DNA of 64,000 nt from Felis catus (Eukaryota). The notes under the pieces are model-generated. The model was not told where the DNA came from. It saw only the letters and a list, made by a program, of their open reading frames with translations, and did no database searches. Numbering within the stretch: position 1 is the stretch's first letter; each line of letters begins with the position of its first letter. The position numbers and the translations under genes are program-made. This document shows positions 24,233 through 37,600 of this stretch, piece after piece. Location of the stretch: the NCBI RefSeq assembly GCF_018350175.1, contig NC_058368.1, forward strand, positions 192,698,001-192,762,000, given 5' to 3'.

Positions 24233-24323
24233 CAACTAATTAGAATTTAAATAAAAATTCAAAAAGAAAAAAAAATGCTAACCATCAACAAAACAGAACA
24301 AAATTAAAAACTACATTCCCCAG

Positions 24324-24800
24324 AATGGCAAAAAGTAAAGACAGGAACAATATCAGGTACTGGGGAAGAGGTGGGCAATTGTAACTCATTCCTTGCTGGA
24401 AGGAATACAAAGTGTACAACCACTTGAAAAAGCTGCTTCTTACAAAGGTAAAGAGGCAGCTGTCCTATGTCCAGCAATTCCACTTGTAGGTATTTAGAGA
24501 AACAGAAACATAAACCTGGAAAAACAATGAAATGTTTCACAGTGGTTTTATTCATAATAGTACCAACTAGAAACAACCTAAAGGTCAGCAACAGGTGAAG
24601 GGATAAATGAATCGTGGTAGAGTCATACAATAGATTCCCTACTCAGCAACAAAAGGAGCAAATTTTAGTGTACCCAACCACATGGATGATTCAAAATTAC
24701 TATGTTGAGCCAAAGAAACCAGACACAAAAAATAACTCAGTGTATGATCATTTGAAGTTCATCAACAGCCAAAATAATACTCTCTGTCTCAGCTGGGAAA
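24324..24800 (+). mobile_element. Continuation of the old L1M interrupted at 11105
   Basis: Resumes ...CCAGAATGGCAAAA... directly after the TSD, with degenerate ORF2 end and 3'UTR. Confidence 0.7.
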
Positions 24801-27417
24801 ATTGAACTGAAAATCAGGAGAACAGGGCTCTCATGTCTGGCACAGTGGGCCCATCCTTGATTTCTTCTGGGCCTTGGTGCTGTCCCTGAATCACGGTTTG
24901 GACCGGGTCTTCTAGGGCCCAGGACCCAGGCTTCATGGAAGCCCAGTTAGCACATGACCAGAGCTACCAGGTGACCACCTTTCCTAACCCAGGCTGCTCT
25001 GAATTCACTGCATCTGGGGTTAGAGCTGGAAGGGCCCTCCTAAATCAGGGAGCACATTCGGATCACCTGGTGAGCCGGCTATAAATGCAGCTGCATTGGG
25101 CATCATCCCAGGGGACTGTGACCTGCTAAGCCTGGGGTAGCAACCAGCGTTTTTAGTTTCACTTGACCCACAAGAGATTCTGATGCACAGCCAGGCCTGG
25201 AAACCGCTAGAGTAGTTCAGTTTCTTTATTTTGTAGACAGAAAGCTGAGGTCCAGAGAAGGGAAGGACTCACCTTTGACATACACTTAACAGCAGGGCTG
25301 GGTTTCAAACCAGGGTCCCCTGGCTGCCTGGTTCAGAGCCCAATGACCCTTTTAATTTTCTAACTCCGTACAGAAATGTTTCACTTTCACTGTCACATAA
25401 AGCAGATTATAATTTGCAAAGGAGCTGCACACATTTTATCTCGCTTGGTTCATAAAATCATACTCTACATCATGCTTCTTCCCACCCAACAGGTGAGAAA
25501 ACGGATGTTCAGAGAAGCTAAGAAACTCGCCTGTGGTTGTATAGCCAGTAAATCGCGAGGTTTTCTATAGAGACATGATGTTTCCCCCTTTTTATGTTTC
25601 CCCAAGCTCTTACAGTCATATGCTCCGATTTTTTTTTTTGCCAGTTCTACTATCCCACTCTAATCTGTTTTTTTTAAATCAACTCACCTTTTTAAATTAA
25701 AAAAAAATTACTGAATTACATTTACTTTAAAGGGAAATAAACATCATAAATGGAAAATTGATACCAAATGGAATCAAGAGTTAATGAAAAACCGAAACAA
25801 ATAAAAATAAAACAATGTGACTCAATCTTAGGCAGATCTTCCTGCCCCTCCCTCCCACACTGGGAGCTCACGGTCTGCTTCTCTGTCAAGAAGGGAGACA
25901 CGGGAAACCAACCGAGGCTCTCCATCCGAGGTAACCAGAAAACACAGACGGGAGTTGGAAAGAGAAAAACTCTCCACATGATTCAATGCGGCCTAATGCA
26001 AAGTCTCTGAACCAACTGAGATCATCTCAGGTGCCACTTAAAACCACTTCTGCACAGGACACTGCTCCAGTGGCTCGACGGAAGTCTCCAGAAACTTCCA
26101 CGACCTGAAGTGTGTTTTGTGTTGTATCCCCTGGCATCTTGGAGGTCGGAAAAATTAAAAGATATACAGAGAAAAGATGATCTCCACATGTATAAGCCGA
26201 GGCTGGAAGGCTGAAAAATACTCTGGGCCGCCTTCCTGCTTGCCTGCCAAGATTAATATGGCGCCTCCTGCCCTTTACCACTTCTCTTTGGAACAGTGAC
26301 TCTGTAGAAAGCAGAAATCAATTTGCCCTAATTGAGGGACTAAATCTTTCCAAAAGAGACTTTCTTGGGCAGTGAAACAAGATAGCAAGAGGCATGATCA
26401 TGCTCCAGATATGCTGCTGTTCGGGCAGGAACACTATCTTTAAAAAAAAAAAAAAAAAGAAAAATCCATAGTCATTGTCTGTGACCACCGCTGCCTCTTG
26501 GCTGGGTTCAACTGGTAGGTCATTAAAACAAGGATGAGATAATTTCCTTCACCCACACACCACTACTCCCATCAGAGGGTGAAATATCACCCTGGCTGGC
26601 TCTAATCATCGAGGGCCCGGCTCGGGCAGAGTCCCGTCGCTAAATCACCCCGCACGCAGATGGCCGCAGTCATTACAGATCGACCAATTAGGGCCTTTTG
26701 ACAGCTTGTGGTAAAGTTGGAGCAATTATTTAGGGGCAATTATGTGCCTCCTGTCCTTAACAGGAAATGCATTTACACAAAATCAGGGCTGTTGCCTTCT
26801 CTTACCACACTGTCTTCTTGGATGAGCACGTTCCCTGAAGTCACAGAATTGGAGAGCTGGAAGAGGATTTGGATGAAGATGATGATGGTCATGATGATGA
26901 CAATTCTAAGGGACAATTACTGAGCCCCTGCCCACACGTGGAGCTCCCTGCTTCATACATGTAATCTCTGACACCTACAATACCACCACAGATGGGGTAT
27001 TACGACCCCATTTTACAGACGATACCACGAAGCTCAGAGCAGGAAATGGAGCCTGCCCAAGGAACACAGTTCATAAATGATGAAGCCAAGGTCTACAACC
27101 CAGCCTGACTGTCAAAGAGCAGGCTCTTCCTACTGTACCGAACAAACTCCACCTCTGCCTCACTGCTCTCAGGCCCTTGGATCCGGCCAGAGGGGGATGG
27201 GGGAGGGCCAGAGAAGTTAAATGTGTTCTTGCCCAGAATCATACAGCAACACGGCGTCTTCCACCCTGGGAGCCCCAGCTTCATAAGCACTAGGGCAGGG
27301 ATGGAAAACAGGTTTCACTGAAGTGCCTAAGCTAATGGGTTATAATGGATACCTAAAGCTATATTAAGAAAGGCTCTGAGGCTATATTCTGGCTCAGCAT
27401 AAAAATGCCAGGACTGA

Positions 27418-27627
27418 GGGGCGCCTGGGTGGCCCAGTCGGTTAAGTGTCCGACTTCGGCTCCGGTCATGATCACACAGTCCGTGAGTTCAAGTCCCGTG
27501 TCGGGCTCTGTGCTGACAGCTCGGAGCCTGGAGCCTGCTTCAGATTCTTTGTCTCTCTCTCTCTCTGCCCCTCCCCTGCTCATGCTCTCTCTCTCTGTCT
27601 CTCAAAAATAAACAAACAACAAAAAAG
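27418..27627 (+). mobile_element. Can-SINE
   Basis: TSD TGCCAGGACTGAG at 27406-27418 and 27628-27640. Confidence 0.93.
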
Positions 27628-28950
27628 TGCCAGGACTGAGAAGAGAGGTGTCCCCTGAAGCAGCAAGGAGGCAGCAGTCCTAACGGCACACACTCACCAT
27701 TCCTATTCCAGGGGCTGCTCTGACTGAAAACCAATACTGAAGTGCTCTTGCCCTTATAACCCCTCATTTAATGGTAAGTCAGGGCCATCCAGCTTGGAGT
27801 GAGGTTCGTTCTGAAGGGAAGCCGCGTCACGGCAAGGCTTTAAGCAGGTGTCAGAAGAGCCGTTGAGAGAGCTCACAGGTGGATTCTGCGTGCCCCGTCC
27901 ACACCCCCTCAGCATCTGTTCTCACGGCTACCAGCTTGCTGGCACCTGCCTCTGCCCCGGGCTCTGCGCCCCCTCGGGTGGGATAGCCCCGAGCGCCTGC
28001 TCTGTGCTGGATCCCAGGGCCACCCATGGGATCGTGCACAGCTGCCCGCTCTGGTGCCATCACAGGCCATCTGTTCCCATTCTCACTGCCTCACTCTCTT
28101 GCTGGTGTTTCTCGAAGTCTCCTCTCCAAACAACTACTTGCACTCATATCCTGCCGCAGTTTGCAGGAAATCCAAATTGAGACAAAGCCAAGCAGCAGGT
28201 ATGACCGAGGGGAACTGCAAGGCTGACTGTGTGGTTCTGTGAAGGTGCCCCTGATGACTCGAGCTCAGTCACACATCGTTCTCTGGTGCCTGGTTTCTGT
28301 AAGGCATTGTAACTGTGTTGAGAACTCAGCCGTACAGGCACTAACCCAAGGGCCTTATGCGCGTTTACTCATCTAATCTTCACAAACACTCCCTGGGGCA
28401 GCTCACCATTAGTATCCCTGTTTAACTGAAGAGGAAACTGGGACACAGAGAAGTTAAGTAACTCTCCCCAGGTCCACACAGTTAGTAAGCAGCAGGTCTT
28501 GGATTTAAATCCAGGCAGCGTGACTCCAGAGGCTGTAGTCTTCTTTGTTACATTTTTTTTTTTAATTAGGAATCATTTCAAACATATTAACAGTAGAATA
28601 GAATAAAGGACCCCCCCCCCCCCCCCGACACCCATCGACCCATCACCCAGCTTCGGGAATTATCAATTCCTGGACACTCTAGTTTCATCTCTGCTCCTGC
28701 CCCTGGGAGCTACTGGAGTCTGTGCTCTTAATCATCCTGCTGCTGGATGAGAAAAGCTGGGGAATTAACATGGGAGGACAGGACAGCTCCCACTGGCCCT
28801 TTCCCGAGAACACTCCCACCGAGTTCTCTCAAGGTCAGGCACACAGCATCTTCTCAGGAAATACTTGTTGATGGCCTTGTTGGACTCCTCTGAAAGCCAC
28901 TACAAGGAGGGTGGGACAGGTATCATTTCCGGCAATACTAGAGAGGAGAT

Positions 28951-29180
28951 GGGGCGCCTGGGTGGCTCAGTCGGTTAAGCGGCCAGCTTCGGCTCAGGTC
29001 ATGATCTCGCGGTCCGTGGGTTCGAGCCCCGCGTCGGGCTCTGTGCTGACAGCTCAGAGCCTGGAGCCTGTTTCAGATTCTGTGTCTCCCTCTCTCTGAC
29101 CCTCCCCTGTTCATGCTCTGTCTCTCCCTGTCTCAAAAATAAATAAAACGTTAAAAAAAAAATTAAAAAAAAAAAAAAAA
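28951..29180 (+). mobile_element. Young SINEC_Fc-like element
   Basis: CpGs retained, long A tail, TSD ACTAGAGAGGAGA at 28937-28949 and 29181-29193. Confidence 0.95.
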
Positions 29181-29398
29181 ACTAGAGAGGAGACAGGCCC
29201 AGGGAAGAGAAAGTCTTGCCCCGAGTCTCTCAGCCAGTGAGGTCTGAGTGAGGCCCAGAACCAGGGCCTGTGCTTCCTGGGTCACCCCTAAATACTTGTA
29301 CGTGCCATGCTGAACACACACGCATGCACGCACGCACACACAGGCTTCCCTGGGGCCTGCAGGTTTCCTGGCTCCTGTGTTGAAAGGGAGCCTCTCCT

Positions 29399-29605
29399 GG
29401 GGCACCTGGGTAGCTCAGTCGATTAAGTATCTGACTCCCGATTTCAGCTCAGGTCACGATTTCATGGTTTGTGAGATAGAGCCCCGCGTCAAGCCTCCCC
29501 GGTCGGGCCTCGTGCTGCCAGCGTGGATTCTCTCTCTCCCTCTCTCTCTGCCCCTCCCCTGCTCATTCTCTTTCTCTCTCAAAAATAAATAAACTTAAAA
29601 GAAAT
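29399..29605 (+). mobile_element. Can-SINE
   Basis: TSD GGGAGCCTCTCC at 29386-29397 and 29606-29617. Confidence 0.9.
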
Positions 29606-29724
29606 GGGAGCCTCTCCATCTTATCCAGTCTCAAGGGAGTTAGGTCTCTGTGGATGGTTCTCCCTGCTGGGCTGTAGCCCAGGGAGCAACGGCTCTCCCT
29701 CTCCAGGTTGAACAATCCCTCTCC

Positions 29725-30142
29725 AGGTTGAACAGAGTCCCCCCAGAAGATATGTTGATGTCCTAGCCCCTAGTACCTGTGAATGTGACCCTCCTTGGAC
29801 ACAGAGTCTCTGAAGATGTCATCAAATTAAGGGTGGGCCCTCATGCAATGACCGGTGTCCATTATAAGACAGAGATTTGGATGCACGAGGAGAAGGCCAT
29901 GTGATAATGGACACAGAAACACTCTAAGAAACACTGAGGATTGCCAGCAACACCAGAAGCCTGCAAGGGGCAAGGAAGGATCATTAGGTAGAGCCTTCTG
30001 TGGGGGCATGGCCCAGCTGACCCCTTGATTTTGGACTTCCAGCTTCTAGAACTGCAAGAGAATAAACTTGATTCGTTTGTGTTGTTTTGTTTTGAGCCCG
30101 CTAGTGTGTGGTACCTTGTTAAGGCAGCCCTAGGACACTAAG
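29725..30142 (+). mobile_element. MaLR solo LTR (MLT1B/C-like)
   Basis: CCCCCAGAAGATATGTTGATGTCCTA...TACCTGTGAATGTGACC...AGAATAAA...GCAGCCCTAGGACACTAAGACA. Confidence 0.8.
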
Positions 30143-30369
30143 ACAGAAGGGTGAGGTTTTCACCCGGGCATTGTAACGGTGACACTGCAAGAATATGGCC
30201 CCAGTCCAGGCCACTGCTGTCCTGTGTCTGGAGCACTGTACAATTTAGGGGCAAGTACAGTGGCCATGGTTGCTGTCCCTGCTCCGCTCTGTCCCCCTTT
30301 AGTCTAGCCGGCATGCAGTTCAGGTGGTGTCTGAAAAGAGAAGTAAACTGCCTCTCGTCACCCTTCCAG

Positions 30370-30895
30370 TGCCTTGCTTAAGCCCTTCAACGGCTTCCTA
30401 TGGCTCTTGGAAGAGGGTCCAAAATCCTTACTGGGGGTGACAGGGCTGTGTGTGCCTGGCTGGTCCCCTCCTTGCTGCCCCCAACACGCCGTCTTCCTTC
30501 AGGTGTCCAAAGGGCCCCAAGATGGCCCCTTCTGCCTCAGGCTGCCTGTCCAAGCTGGCCTTTCCACCTGGGTTGCCAAGTTCCTGAGCTCCTCCCATCC
30601 CCCCACAGTGAACTCCTGCGCATCCTTCAGCTCTCAGCTCAAACTTCGACTCATCACAAAAGCCTTTCTGATGACCTCTCAGACCACAGCTGGTCCCTAG
30701 GGCAGACTGTAGCAGAGCCCTGGGACGTGTTCTTCATGCCCCTCAGCTGAGGTCATCCATCGTTCTGCATTCGCGGAGTTACTCGTCTCCCGCCCACTTT
30801 AAGCTCCAGGAGGGTGGGCCCCGTGACTGCTCTGCTTGCCCGTGTACCCCACATGCCTCACGCGGAGCCAAAGGTGTCTGCGAATCCATGCTGAA
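30370..30895. mobile_element. Degenerate L2-like fragment (similar at ~36560-36960, 47640-47940, 62220-62540)
   Basis: TCCTTCAGCTCTCAGCTCAAA..., TAAGCTCCAGGAGGGTGGG..., typical of L2 3' ends. Confidence 0.55.
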
Positions 30896-33242
30896 CCCAC
30901 ACACCTCCCTCCACCATTCTTTCATTTGGTTTGGTTTGATTTGATCTGATTCCCCTGTGAAGGAAGCAGGTCACGGTTCATCATCCTCATTTCAAGATGA
31001 GGGAAGTCAAGTTCAGATGATGGTGTTTCTGGTCCAAGGTTAACACAGCCAGCAAAGTAAGTGGTTTAGACGGGACTCAAATCCAGTTCGGTTTGTTCAG
31101 GGATCTTTACTCCAGCGCTGTGTGCAATCAGATCAGTTCCCAAGTAGAATACCTGAGTTTCGACTGCTGGTGCCATCAAAGCTTGCAGAGACACCTGCTG
31201 AGAAGCACGAAAAATAAAGGAGCTCTTGTGTCCCACACTCTGGCGGGGCCCAGAGCACGCGGGAGAGGGCCCCGGGGACAGGCCCTCGAGGGAAGAGGAG
31301 GAAGAGGAGAAGGGAAGTAGGGAACAAGTTACAAACCAGACAAATCAGCATCGTCCCTGTCACTTGGTTCTCTGGCCTCCGGGGTTGTTAATAATGCAGA
31401 GGCTGTGGCGGGAGAGGCTGCCCTCCACACATCCTGACTGGCTTCTGGAAGCTGTAGGTGTTCTGGGTCTCGTCATGTCTCAGCTCCACTGGGCTTCCAG
31501 CTTTTAAAGTGTCATAGCTCATCTGTTTCCAGGATTGACTTACTCACTCCTAAGTCTTAGACCGTGTATTCTAAGGCACTGCCAATCTATTTGGAGGAGG
31601 GTGGGCAACAAAGCAGTCAGAAATGTCACCTTTGTCCTGTTGTGACACTCAGGTGTTTCTAGCCAAAGGAAAACTGTTAAGATGAGGTGGACCCTTATCG
31701 TCATTGTCATGATTTCTGTCATGTGCTCACAGTGTGCATCTAGGCCCAGGTTAAGTGCTGTCATTTATACGTATTGTCTCATTTCATTCCCACAACAACC
31801 CTACTTGGTAGGCACTGTTAATAACCTTAGACAGGGAAACTGAGGCTTAGAAAAGTTTTACACTAATCTGGGTCCAAATAGCTAGTAGGTGACAGGCAGA
31901 AGTCACACCGAGTGTTTCTGACATAATTAACTATGAAACTACATCACCCCCTCGATGCCCCCAGTCTCCCCATTCTGCCTGGTGGGTATGCTTCCAATCC
32001 CACAACCTCAATCCTGTCTCCCATTCCCTGGGATGTCAAGGGCTTTCACTTGCTGACAAAACTTACAGTCAGGTGAATATAAATAGCAGGAAAATTAAAC
32101 AGAGAGGCTGGGAAAGAAAGCTGTGGTTGCACCGGGATGTGGCTTTTCGCAGGTGAAATGCACAGGCATTAAAGCATCATTCGCCACTTGGAAAAGGAAA
32201 ACAGACCAGTCCTTCAGGAGAGAATACGTGTTCTGGCTCTGAGTTCTGGGAGGAACTTCAGAGTGGCAGAGCCAAAGAGGCCTCAGAGTTCAGCTCAAAG
32301 CCCTGTGTCATTCTCTTTTGATGGGGGTCCTCTCCTAAGGCAGTCTAAGGTATAACAGACACTCTTGATAGCTGGTTTTAAAAAACCAGCCATTTCTTTT
32401 TCCCCTTCCTCCTTCCTGCCCGCCTCTTCTTCTTGATAATAGCTTTCTTGAGACACAATTCACATCCCATACAATTCACCCACATCAAGCACACAATTAT
32501 TGAATGTCCACCAGCCATTTGTGCACTGTTGGAAGCAGAGAACCAGCTGTACCTTAGCGAAGGCATTTCGGCGGACAGAACTCAGTTCAGTTTCATCAAG
32601 AAGGCGTGTGCTGCACCCCTGCTGGGTGCCGGGAATGATGCTGGGCACACTCTTTTCTGATGATCTATCACAGTGGCTTACAAAGTGTGGACCCCAGACC
32701 AGTTACATTGGCATTACCCAGGAGCTTACTAGAGTTGCCAATTCTGAGGCCTTACCCTAAACCTCCTGATTCAGATGAGGGGGCACCCAGTGACCTGGAT
32801 TTTAATGAGCTCTCCGAGTGACGCCTGTACAAGTTAGCGTTTGAGAAAAACACTAATCTAACTTCTACTGCAGAAGGTGAGCCGAGGGAAATGAATCTAG
32901 GCCATCACAATCATGTTAGGATTTCTGAATGATGAGAATAGAAGCTCAGTTTTCCTGCTAGAATAACAGAAAAACTGAAGTTCTCCAAGGAATGCAAGAC
33001 TATTTGCTGGCCTCAGTGACACTATGAAAGCGATGGGTAGGGGCTCAGGTGCTCTCCACTCTCTTCCTCAGACTCACGTGGCCTGGCCTCTCCTTCACCT
33101 GCGCAACCCTCCTCTTGCCTCAAGTGAGAGATCTGACAAACAAATGTTCCTCCCGATAGGTAGACAGCAAGGGGCCTCAAACCTTAACCCTAAGAATCCC
33201 TGGGGGAACTGTTTTTCACAGACATTCTGTATGCCTGGGAAT

Positions 33243-33340
33243 AGTGGCTTTCAAATCTTTTGACTGTGACCCATAAAAAGAATACATTTTACATCTTGAC
33301 CTGGTACACATACATATAACCGAAATACAAGGTGTGATGC

Positions 33341-33374
<34 letters not shown>

Positions 33375-33500
33375 ATACACACACACACACATACATATTC
33401 CTATTCTGGCCTCTTGGATTTCACTTTTGTTCAAAAACTGGTCATGATCCCTGAAACTGATTTCATGACCTTCCATCTAGTACAATCTGAAAAACCCTGG
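33243..33500. mobile_element. Charlie-type hAT MITE with internal (TCTA)n(CA)n
   Basis: Ends AGTGGCTTTCAAA and TCTGAAAAACCCTG form degenerate TIRs. Confidence 0.5.
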
Positions 33501-34059
33501 TCTGGGGTACAGTCTGAAACCTCCAATGTTAAAAAAGATGCCTCACTTGGTCCTGAAGTCCTTGGCTATGGCCCCCGACCAGAGTCCAGTGCTCCCTGCC
33601 CAGTACCCATTGTTGTTATTGTTAAGACAGCCAAGATTCTGAGAAAATGTACCCAAGGTCCAGTTCTGTAAATAGGACTGATACTGCATTGCCTATCTCA
33701 GGAGGCCATCACTAGAACTCCTACAAGTTGATTTGAGATTTCTGGAGCACCACAAGGGTAGACAAAGTTATTACTCCCAAGTGGCCACTTTTCTCTGGCC
33801 AAAGACTTCAAAGAACATATTTTAGGTGTCCTTACTCTCACCATAAGAGCTGCTAGGAAAACATGTGTATCGGGGTTTTAGCATGTGTGGACCCTAACAT
33901 CTCTGCAGCCTGGAAAATACAGAAGGACACAGTAGATCTGAGGGAACTGGGCCCGAACTCTTTGTCAAAAGCCAACATACCTTCAACATCTGGCTGACTC
34001 ACCTTTTGAATCAGTGGTTTCCACCCTATCCTACTCAATGTCCCTTTAAGTTAGTTATC

Positions 34060-34076
34060 TTTTTTTTTAAATTTAT

Positions 34077-34123
<47 letters not shown>

Positions 34124-34297
34124 AAGCAGGGGAAGGGCAGAGAGAAAGGGAGAGAGAGGAAGAGAGAACATCCCAAGCAGGCTCCACGCTGTCAGCACAG
34201 AGCCTGACACAGGGCTCCATCCCACGAACTGTGAGATCGTGACCTGAGCCGAAATCCAGAGTCCGATGTTTAACCAACTGAGCCACCCAGGCGCCCC
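34060..34297 (-). mobile_element. Can-SINE with expanded (GA)n
   Basis: Reverse SINE; (GA)n at ~34080-34121. Confidence 0.92.
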
Positions 34298-37200
34298 ACC
34301 CCCTTTGAAGTTACAGTTATCTTGTATGGTCCTCTTTAATATCCTAAAATAAAATTCATAAGTAATATAGTCTGCATTAGCCATAACATTATATGTAATG
34401 CCCCAACTGTTGTATAAAGGAACAATAATAGAATAACTTGTGTTTCAATATGTAAATGCTTGGGCTGACTACAAGAAGACAGAGAAGTAGCCAAATGCTT
34501 GTACTTAAGAGTGTCCTATACTGGTTTACATTTCAGTGCACCTAACAGGTCAGTGCAGGTATGTGGTCTGGCACCCCAAGTACCGAGAGCAGCACCCTTG
34601 TTGGCGAGGTAATTTGCTAAAACAGTGAACAACTTCTAGCAGAGTTCCAACCCCAACAAAGCACGATCTTCCCTTGATAAACAGGTATTCCTGGAAAAGT
34701 CAGCACATACCCGGGGAGGGGAGAGAGTTCACCTGGGAGAGAACACTGCACGTGTCTGTAAGCTGTGCTGAGTGGTAGTCGGCAAGAGGAGAGGAGACAG
34801 AGGAAGAGAAGGTTGGGTGAAATGCTCATGGGCACGTTCCAGTAACAAAATACGTTTCTAGGGGGAAAACTGAGGGAGGAGGACAGGGAACCAGTAAGGC
34901 TGGGTGTTATGTGTCCCAGAGGCCCTGGGAGAACAGGAATGTCTGGGGAGAGTTGTAAGTGGGTTGCTATGGAGGATGTGATGTAAAACTCCTTCTCTGC
35001 CTCTCCCAGCAAGTGTTCTGTAAAGCCGGAAGTCCTCCCTGACACCTGTGCCCACGTGGATTCTTTCAGGGGGCTCTCCGTCCAGGGTGGAAACAGAGTG
35101 AGTCCCTGGAGCAGAAGCCAGAAGCCGAGGACAGCCAAGTCGGGCGTACAACTGCTGGGCACTTGGCTGGCTCCGTCCCCCACACATCCTTCACCACCAC
35201 CCCCCGAGGGTTACCCCTACTTTACAGATGTGGAAACAGACCCATAGAGGGTCTGCTACTGCCCATGGTCACCTAGCTAGTAGTGATTTCTCTGGAACTC
35301 AAGCCCAAGTCTGTCTGTCTTCACCGTCCCTTTTAATCAGTGGCCGCCTGGTCAGATGGCTTAGAGGAACAAGTGAAGTTTATCGCTCTGGCACCTTTCG
35401 GAGGACGAACGGGAAGCGGACCTCCACCCGAAAGACAAATTGTACACCTTCCCCAAACATTTGCTTTGAAACCACAAGCCTCTCGGTTCTTCGACATCAC
35501 ATTACAAATCACCTGACTCCTCGGGGCATAGGTGTGTGGCTTGAACATGCCTTTGGTGATTTTAAGAATGAATTATGCTCCTTCCTCAAGCAATCACATC
35601 CACCAGCTAGCTCCCAGAAATAGAAAGCACTTCATCACACAAATTAACTCCTCTCCCTGATTTCGCAGAAGATGAGTAATCTATTAAAAAAGAGATGCTA
35701 TTATCTAAACAGGCAGCCTTATCTGCACTTTTAATTTCAACTAAATGCCTTGCTTCTTTTTCAGCGGGTGGGCAGGGCCATAAATCTGTTTAATAATCAG
35801 ATGACGAATAAAAACACTCCAGAAAACACCACAGTCAAGTTAATTACAGCCTCCCCTGTTTTCTGGAAGCGACTCCCCACCAATCGGGTACAAATGAGAA
35901 GAGAAGGTTGGGTCCCTTGGACTTGGCCCACCCCAGTTTTTCACCCAGTTGGAGCCCATCCAGGGAAGCAGATTCATGGGCAGTTCGAGGGCCATGGGCT
36001 CTTGGTAGCTGCTCTTAAATTATGTCAGGTTGTCAGGTGTTGGAGAGCAACATGTGTTTCACGTAGGGTGCCCGCTTCCATGCCTATCGTTTAAGGTGTT
36101 AATAAAAAAGAAAAAAAATTCTTCCACTTCACAACAGTGTCAGCCTGTCAGTTTCATATTTGTTAAAGGGCAAAAGTATTCTCCTGGGGGAGATTTTCCT
36201 GCTCAGTACACAGGAAGAGAAAGTTGAACATGTGTCAGAGCGTTCCTTACCACCCCTCTTAAATATTGCCGCCCCTCTTCCCCGAATTCCCCAACCCAAC
36301 CCGGGCTCTCTGGAAATCTCTGTGTTGCAGAGTCCTGCAGACTTCTCATCCCGCCTCTTCCCTCCCTGCTTCCTCCCTGGTTAGTGCCAGCACAGGAACC
36401 GTGGGATCTTCAGCGATTTACATGAACTCCCACATCAGAAATTAATCTGGGTACACAGGCCTTCTGGTCTATAATCCTTCGTCTCTCATCCCATCCACCC
36501 TGTTGGTATAGCACAGGCCTACTGATGTTACCTGGTGACGTCCCAGACCTCTTGGCAACGTCCAAAGCCCACGTTTCCACTCCGATCTCCCGTCTCAACC
36601 CGGCACTGATCCTTTCTCTGCAGACACCACCTGAGTAATTTCTTGCCTTCACTCCTTTACTCTTGCAAATCTCTCAGCTCAGAGCATCCTTCTCTGCTTC
36701 TCTGTCTCAGAGAATCCTATTTTTCCCTCGGTGCTCAGCTCACAGTGCTCCTGGATTATCATCTGTGTAAACGGTGTTCTCCTCTGAGGCTCACCAAGTA
36801 CAGTGCGCGCTCTGACCCCAGCTCTCTTTGCATTCCCTGCACGTTTTGGTCAGGACTTGTGTCTTTCTGCCCGGCACCACGCTTCTTGAGGGCAGGGCCA
36901 AGACTGACGTATTCCCCATGCCTCACAACACCTGCAATTTGGCAGGGGCTGACCGACATCTGGTGAACCATCCTGACTTGGTATACTTTCCTTGTTGTTT
37001 GCTGCCTTTATTTTTTTTAAGTCTATACACAAAGCATGCTTCCAGAGGACTCAACAGGTCACCCATGGGAAGATGTCAAGCATATCTGGGAGTCCCTGTC
37101 ATCCAGGTATTCACTTGTGAGTTTCTAAACATAGGAGGTAACATCAGGAAGCCAAAGTCATCTTCACAGCAGGATGTTCATCAATGAACTGACCACGCAT

Positions 37201-37600
37201 GAAGTTCCCACTCACACATCACTCCCCACTTACCAAAGGGTATATCTCTGCCTATCACATCCATGTCTGTTTGTGAGATGGCTGCATTGCAGATGTGACC
37301 ACCCGGCAATATAACACAAACTGATTATAAGCTTCTGCACAGAGAGCGGCGAATGCAAAGGCCCTGGGGCAGAGCAGGCAGGACCTAAAGCAGTCACTGG
37401 TTTTTCTGGTTAATGTTTAAGGCCATTTCTCGTGGGCAGACACTTGCACTGAATCCTGTTAGGGCATACCCCAAAGATTCATACAGCCTGCAGGGAAAGA
37501 AACACAACAGATACAGGGGACTCCATTTTTGGATATAAAGTGTTTTGGATATTCTTTTTCTTTCAAAAGTGGAAAAATCTTTACTACTTTTTGTGATTCT

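Larger units (their letters stand above)
11106..24311 (+). mobile_element. Older carnivore LINE-1 with intact 5' end; host to the young L1, five SINEs and a second L1 3' end
   Basis: Starts GGAGAGGAGTTAAGATGGTG; ORF1 ATG at 11342; decayed ORF2 resumes at 18727; 3'UTR to ~23790; A-rich tail ~24250-24310; 12-bp TSD TACATTCCCCAG at 11094-11105 and 24312-24323. Confidence 0.88.

Noticed and set aside
24276..24311. Second 3' transduction at the host L1 end
   Set aside because: The sequence is A-rich and cannot be told apart from a decayed poly(A) tail.
28611..28626. C16 run, and G-rich tracts at ~894-950 and ~39537-39570, as functional G-quadruplexes
   Set aside because: They are simple repeats or lie inside LTR/L1 sequence, with no independent sign of function.
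28951..29030. tRNA gene
   Set aside because: The A/B-box-like sequence is a tRNA-derived SINE head followed by (CT)n, an A tail and TSDs.
29696..29734. Tandem duplication of TCCCTCTCCAGGTTGAACA (period 20) at the MLT1 boundary
   Set aside because: Adjacent copies do not flank an insertion, so this is ordinary slippage and not a TSD.
34617..35183. 188-aa minus-strand ORF as an extra exon or nested gene
   Set aside because: Non-ATG start, no recognisable domain or GALNT similarity; consistent with a chance ORF.
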